From Klebsormidium nitens (Eukaryota > Plantae > Klebsormidiophyceae), in contig DF237200.1 in assembly GCA_000708835.1 (NCBI GenBank), positions 57,357 through 121,356 of the forward strand: DNA of 64,000 nucleotides, in the 5' to 3' direction. Below, in pieces: positions 60,963 through 64,000 of this stretch. A program made the position numbers and the translations under genes. The notes under the pieces are model-generated. The model was not told the DNA's origin, did not search any database, and was given only the letters and a program-made list of their open reading frames with translations. The stretch's first letter is position 1; every line of letters starts with the position of its first letter.

Positions 60963-62586
60963 ATGTCGCGCGCGGAGGCCGCAGAGTTAGATAGGGGAAG
61001 TCCGGCTTTAGAGGAGTTAGTTAGAAAAGCTGGTCCTGAGAGCTTGATCGGATTACGGCTGTATGCAGCAGTCACTCTGGAAGGAACGAGACAATATGAA
61101 GTTCTGGCTTTCGACGAAGACTCGGGGCAGAGGTTCAGAGTCAGAGATGCGGACACGGGAAGGCAGCCGTCTGCAGCGGGTTATCCCCTTCGAGAGTTCG
61201 ACATCGGCCTGGCCTTGAGGGAGCCGGATGATCCCCTTCTTCTGCTTTTGGAAAGGCACCAAATTCCGATCGCCCGATTCATTGCTCCAAGGAGACCGGA
61301 ACCTGCTGGGGGAGAACGAACCAGGGGAGAAGGGCCAGCCGGGAGAGCGGAGCAGGACTTCGGACCGCCTAGCCTGGGGAGAGACCGATTCGAGCGCAGA
61401 ACGGGCACGCAGTCAGCAAGACATTCTGTTCCGAGCGTCGGGATGAAGAACGGCCGGCACGGTCCCACGTCCGATAAGGAGAAGAGCGCGCGCGCGACCG
61501 CGAGCGCGCGCTCAGCCCGACGCGCGAGGAGCGGTATCCACGTAGAAGCCGAAGGGGCCGCAGCCCCAGTTCATCCTCGTCAGAAGCCCCAGCCGGGACG
61601 AAACACCGGCGCCGGAAGCACGGAAAAGGATTCCGCAAACGGAAGTACCGACGGAGCAGCAGCAGCAGCAGTTCGTGGGACGCGTCCGGTTCGGACGGCT
61701 GGGAGAATACAATGCCCCGCCGGGCACTGGTGGCCCACGTGGAAGAACTGATGAGGGACCGGAGGGCGAACGGTATGCAAGCGGAGCTCCGGCGCTTCCA
61801 GGCAGCGATTCCGCCGGAAAAACGGGGGCTTACAGCCCAATTTGAGATGGTGGCCACGATCCAGGCCGCGCCGGAGTCGTGGGGGCAGCGGCTAGCCCTC
61901 GCGATTTCTCTGGGAACCGTCTTAAAAGCCATTAACATGAGCCTGTCAGCCTGGCTTTCCTCGCGGACGCGCTGTTCGCTTTCGCGCGGCAGAGGTGTGA
62001 AGATGCGGGACGGGAGCTGTCACAGAAGAAGCAAGCCAAGATTGATGCGGACATCTGGGAGTTTTATCGCAAGCAACGTACGGAAGGGGAGAAGATGATG
62101 GCCAAGAGCGGAACCAGCTTCGGGAGCGGAAACCGGAACAGGTGGGATGCTGAGCGGGTCGGCTCGATATTGAGACTCACTGTGAGGCAGAAATTGGTAT
62201 TCTGGTGCTTCGAACCAAAAGCGACCGGGAAACGTATCGCGTGTTCAGATCCAACTGGGGACGGCACGTTAACGGCGCCTTTAGGCCCTGTCTTGCCCTG
62301 CCGAAGCCTCCCGAATGCGGATCGCATTTGCAGTTCTGGAAACCAAGTTTTGCAGCACTTCGGAAACGAGCAGAATGTTGCTTGTCCGCGCCGGAATGTC
62401 GGCTGATCTCCGAATGGGATGATGTGATAATCCTCCCTTATCCCCTCGAACAGGGGCCCCGGAAACCGGAATGATCGGAACGACCGGAACGAGCGGGGCC
62501 GGAATCAGGGACGGCGCGGCCGCGACCGAGACCGCTCGAGGTCGCGCACCCCATCCGCGGAGCGCAGGCGCCGGAACGATAGGTGA
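60963..62586 (+). pseudogene. Decayed gag-like ORF (frameshifts and stops) with basic R/S/D-rich tracts
   Basis: Protein-like sequence hops frames: 60963-~61400 (LIGLRLYAAVTLEG...), 61478-~61940 (ERYPRRSRRGRSPSSS...RRALVAHVEELMRD...), 61936-62406 (LAFLADALFAFARQRCEDAGRELSQKKQAKIDADIWEFYRKQR), and tail 62461-62586 (NRNDRNDRNERGRNQGRRGRDRDRSRSRTPSAERRRRNDR*). Confidence 0.5.
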
Positions 62587-63325
62587 AGCGCCGGAGCGCT
62601 TGATCGGAACGGAGCGAATGCGCTCCGTTGAAATAGCTAATTCCAAAAGAGGACAGTCGAGCTGTAGACATGGACCTTCGAGTGTGAAAGGTTGTACATT
62701 TGTTCGGCGACGTCGTCGCTCGTACGTTAGCTTGAAATAACCTGAGTTCAGGTGTGTATAAAGTGTAGAGTTTTGGAAAACTCGGGAACGGGATTTCTTT
62801 CCCTTTGGAGGGCCCGCCTGTTGGCTCTGGTCGTGTACGAAGACGCCCTAAAGGCGGATTGTAAATAATGAAAGCGCTGGCCGCGAGTCGCTAATAATCA
62901 AATGCAAAATGTTGCCCAATGCTGTTTTCCTTCTCCCTCGAAATGAGATCAGGAATGCATTGATTGCGTCCCTTTGACGCCGTGGCCGGTTACACATCCT
63001 TCTGCGCCATTAAAGCGCTATGAGATAAAGCGACTAATTAGTCTGAGCCAAATTACATTATACATAGCTAATATTAACGTTGCTTACAGTGACGTACTAG
63101 CATGGACCCATTCGGCGCCTCCATCCATGCTGTGTTCATCCGCCGCCGCCGCCTGTCAAAGCAATAGCCCCGACCGCACGACGTCACGGCTCCGAGTCGA
63201 AGGGACCACTCTTCCTCAACCGGCAGACGCTGACGTCACCCCGGCCCCACGCGCAAACGAGGGGCCCTCGCTGACGTCATATCCGCCTAGTGCGCCGCGT
63301 GATCCGCGTGCCCCAGCAGAACCGG

Positions 63326-64000
63326 ATGCCGTCGGAACGGAAACCACGTGGTTCCGTCTCGGGAGATCTGCCTGCAAGTGGCGCCCCAGCAGCACCGCCC
63401 GATCCCTCGGACTCTTCAGACGAATCCGAGGGATCCCCGGAAGGGGATTTCCCGGATGACGTCATCCCCCCCGAGGAGTTTCCCTTTGATGCGGAAACCG
63501 ATCCTCCAGACGATCCGGGAACCCTCGATCTCCGCAGCTGGGAACGGGAAGCTCAAGGGGTTCAGGCCAAGGAGCCCCAGATTGATCCTCCACTCAGTCA
63601 GCGGCAAAACGTCAAGGACGTTCTCGACCGCTTGGACGACCAACCGGGAGAGCCCGGGGCAGAGCACGAGACGGCGCTTCTGGCAGAACTGGACAACTTG
63701 CAGTCGGCTATCCCTGATGCAGCTGACTTTGTGGCAGGGAATTTCTCCACGCATCTGCCGGCCTGGGAAGAAATGTTAAAAACAAACCGGACCAGGTCCG
63801 CTCGGCGCGTCCTCAGCTGGCTACGCCATGGGTTCAAACCGACCTTCGCCCGACCGGAACTAGCGAGACCGGAAAAGCGGAAAGTGGTGCTAAGCATGCT
63901 CCAGAAGGAGTATCCAAACCGAACCCCCGGGGAGTTCCTCACCGGAACCCAGCCGCACAAAGTGGCGTTTCGGAACCACCAGTCCTTTTACAAGCACTGT
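63326..64000 (+). mobile_element. N-terminal part of a DIRS-like (tyrosine-recombinase retrotransposon) pol/RT ORF, truncated by the window end
   Basis: Frame open from 63275 (ATG 63326) to the window end, and missing from the ORF track because it has no stop. Reads ...FVAGNFSTHLPAWEEML...RRVLSWLRHGFKPTF...FRNHQSFYKHC, matching the G-x-L/F-x5-W...VL-x-W-x3-G-F/Y...N-H-x-S pattern that precedes the RT core in DIRS-like elements. The RT core lies outside the window. Confidence 0.68.

Noticed and set aside
1-64000. tRNA, rRNA or other structured ncRNA genes
   Set aside because: None recognisable by eye. A covariance-model search was not possible.

Overview
Eukaryotic, GC-rich, intron-dense nuclear DNA. 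Gene content and splice signals suggest a streptophyte green alga such as Klebsormidium (inference only). Spliced genes reconstructed by hand, left to right: (1) a ~1329-aa LEA protein with duplicated Trp-rich exon modules and a C-terminal DUF4149/TMEM205-like membrane domain; (2) copy A of a family joining an N-terminal domain resembling bacterial DUF1444/YtpQ to a zf-MYND finger; (3) a PH-RhoGAP (PHGAP/REN-type); (4) UMP1/POMP; (5) a MATH/TRAF protein (At5g43560/TRAF1-like); (6) a cyanobacterial-type GT2 glycosyltransferase with a GC-AG intron; (7,8) copies B (frameshifted) and C of the MYND family as a head-to-head inverted duplication; (9) a BT1 folate-biopterin transporter. The right end holds intronless, partly decayed ORFs and the N-terminus of a DIRS-like retrotransposon pol ORF that runs off the window. 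Structure the genes do not explain: palindrome-dense intergenic islands at convergent gene junctions, three intronic duplicates of exon edges carrying their own splice sites, and a codon-conserved but stop-interrupted frame upstream of MYND copies B and C. No database searches were run. Family assignments rest on recalled motifs.
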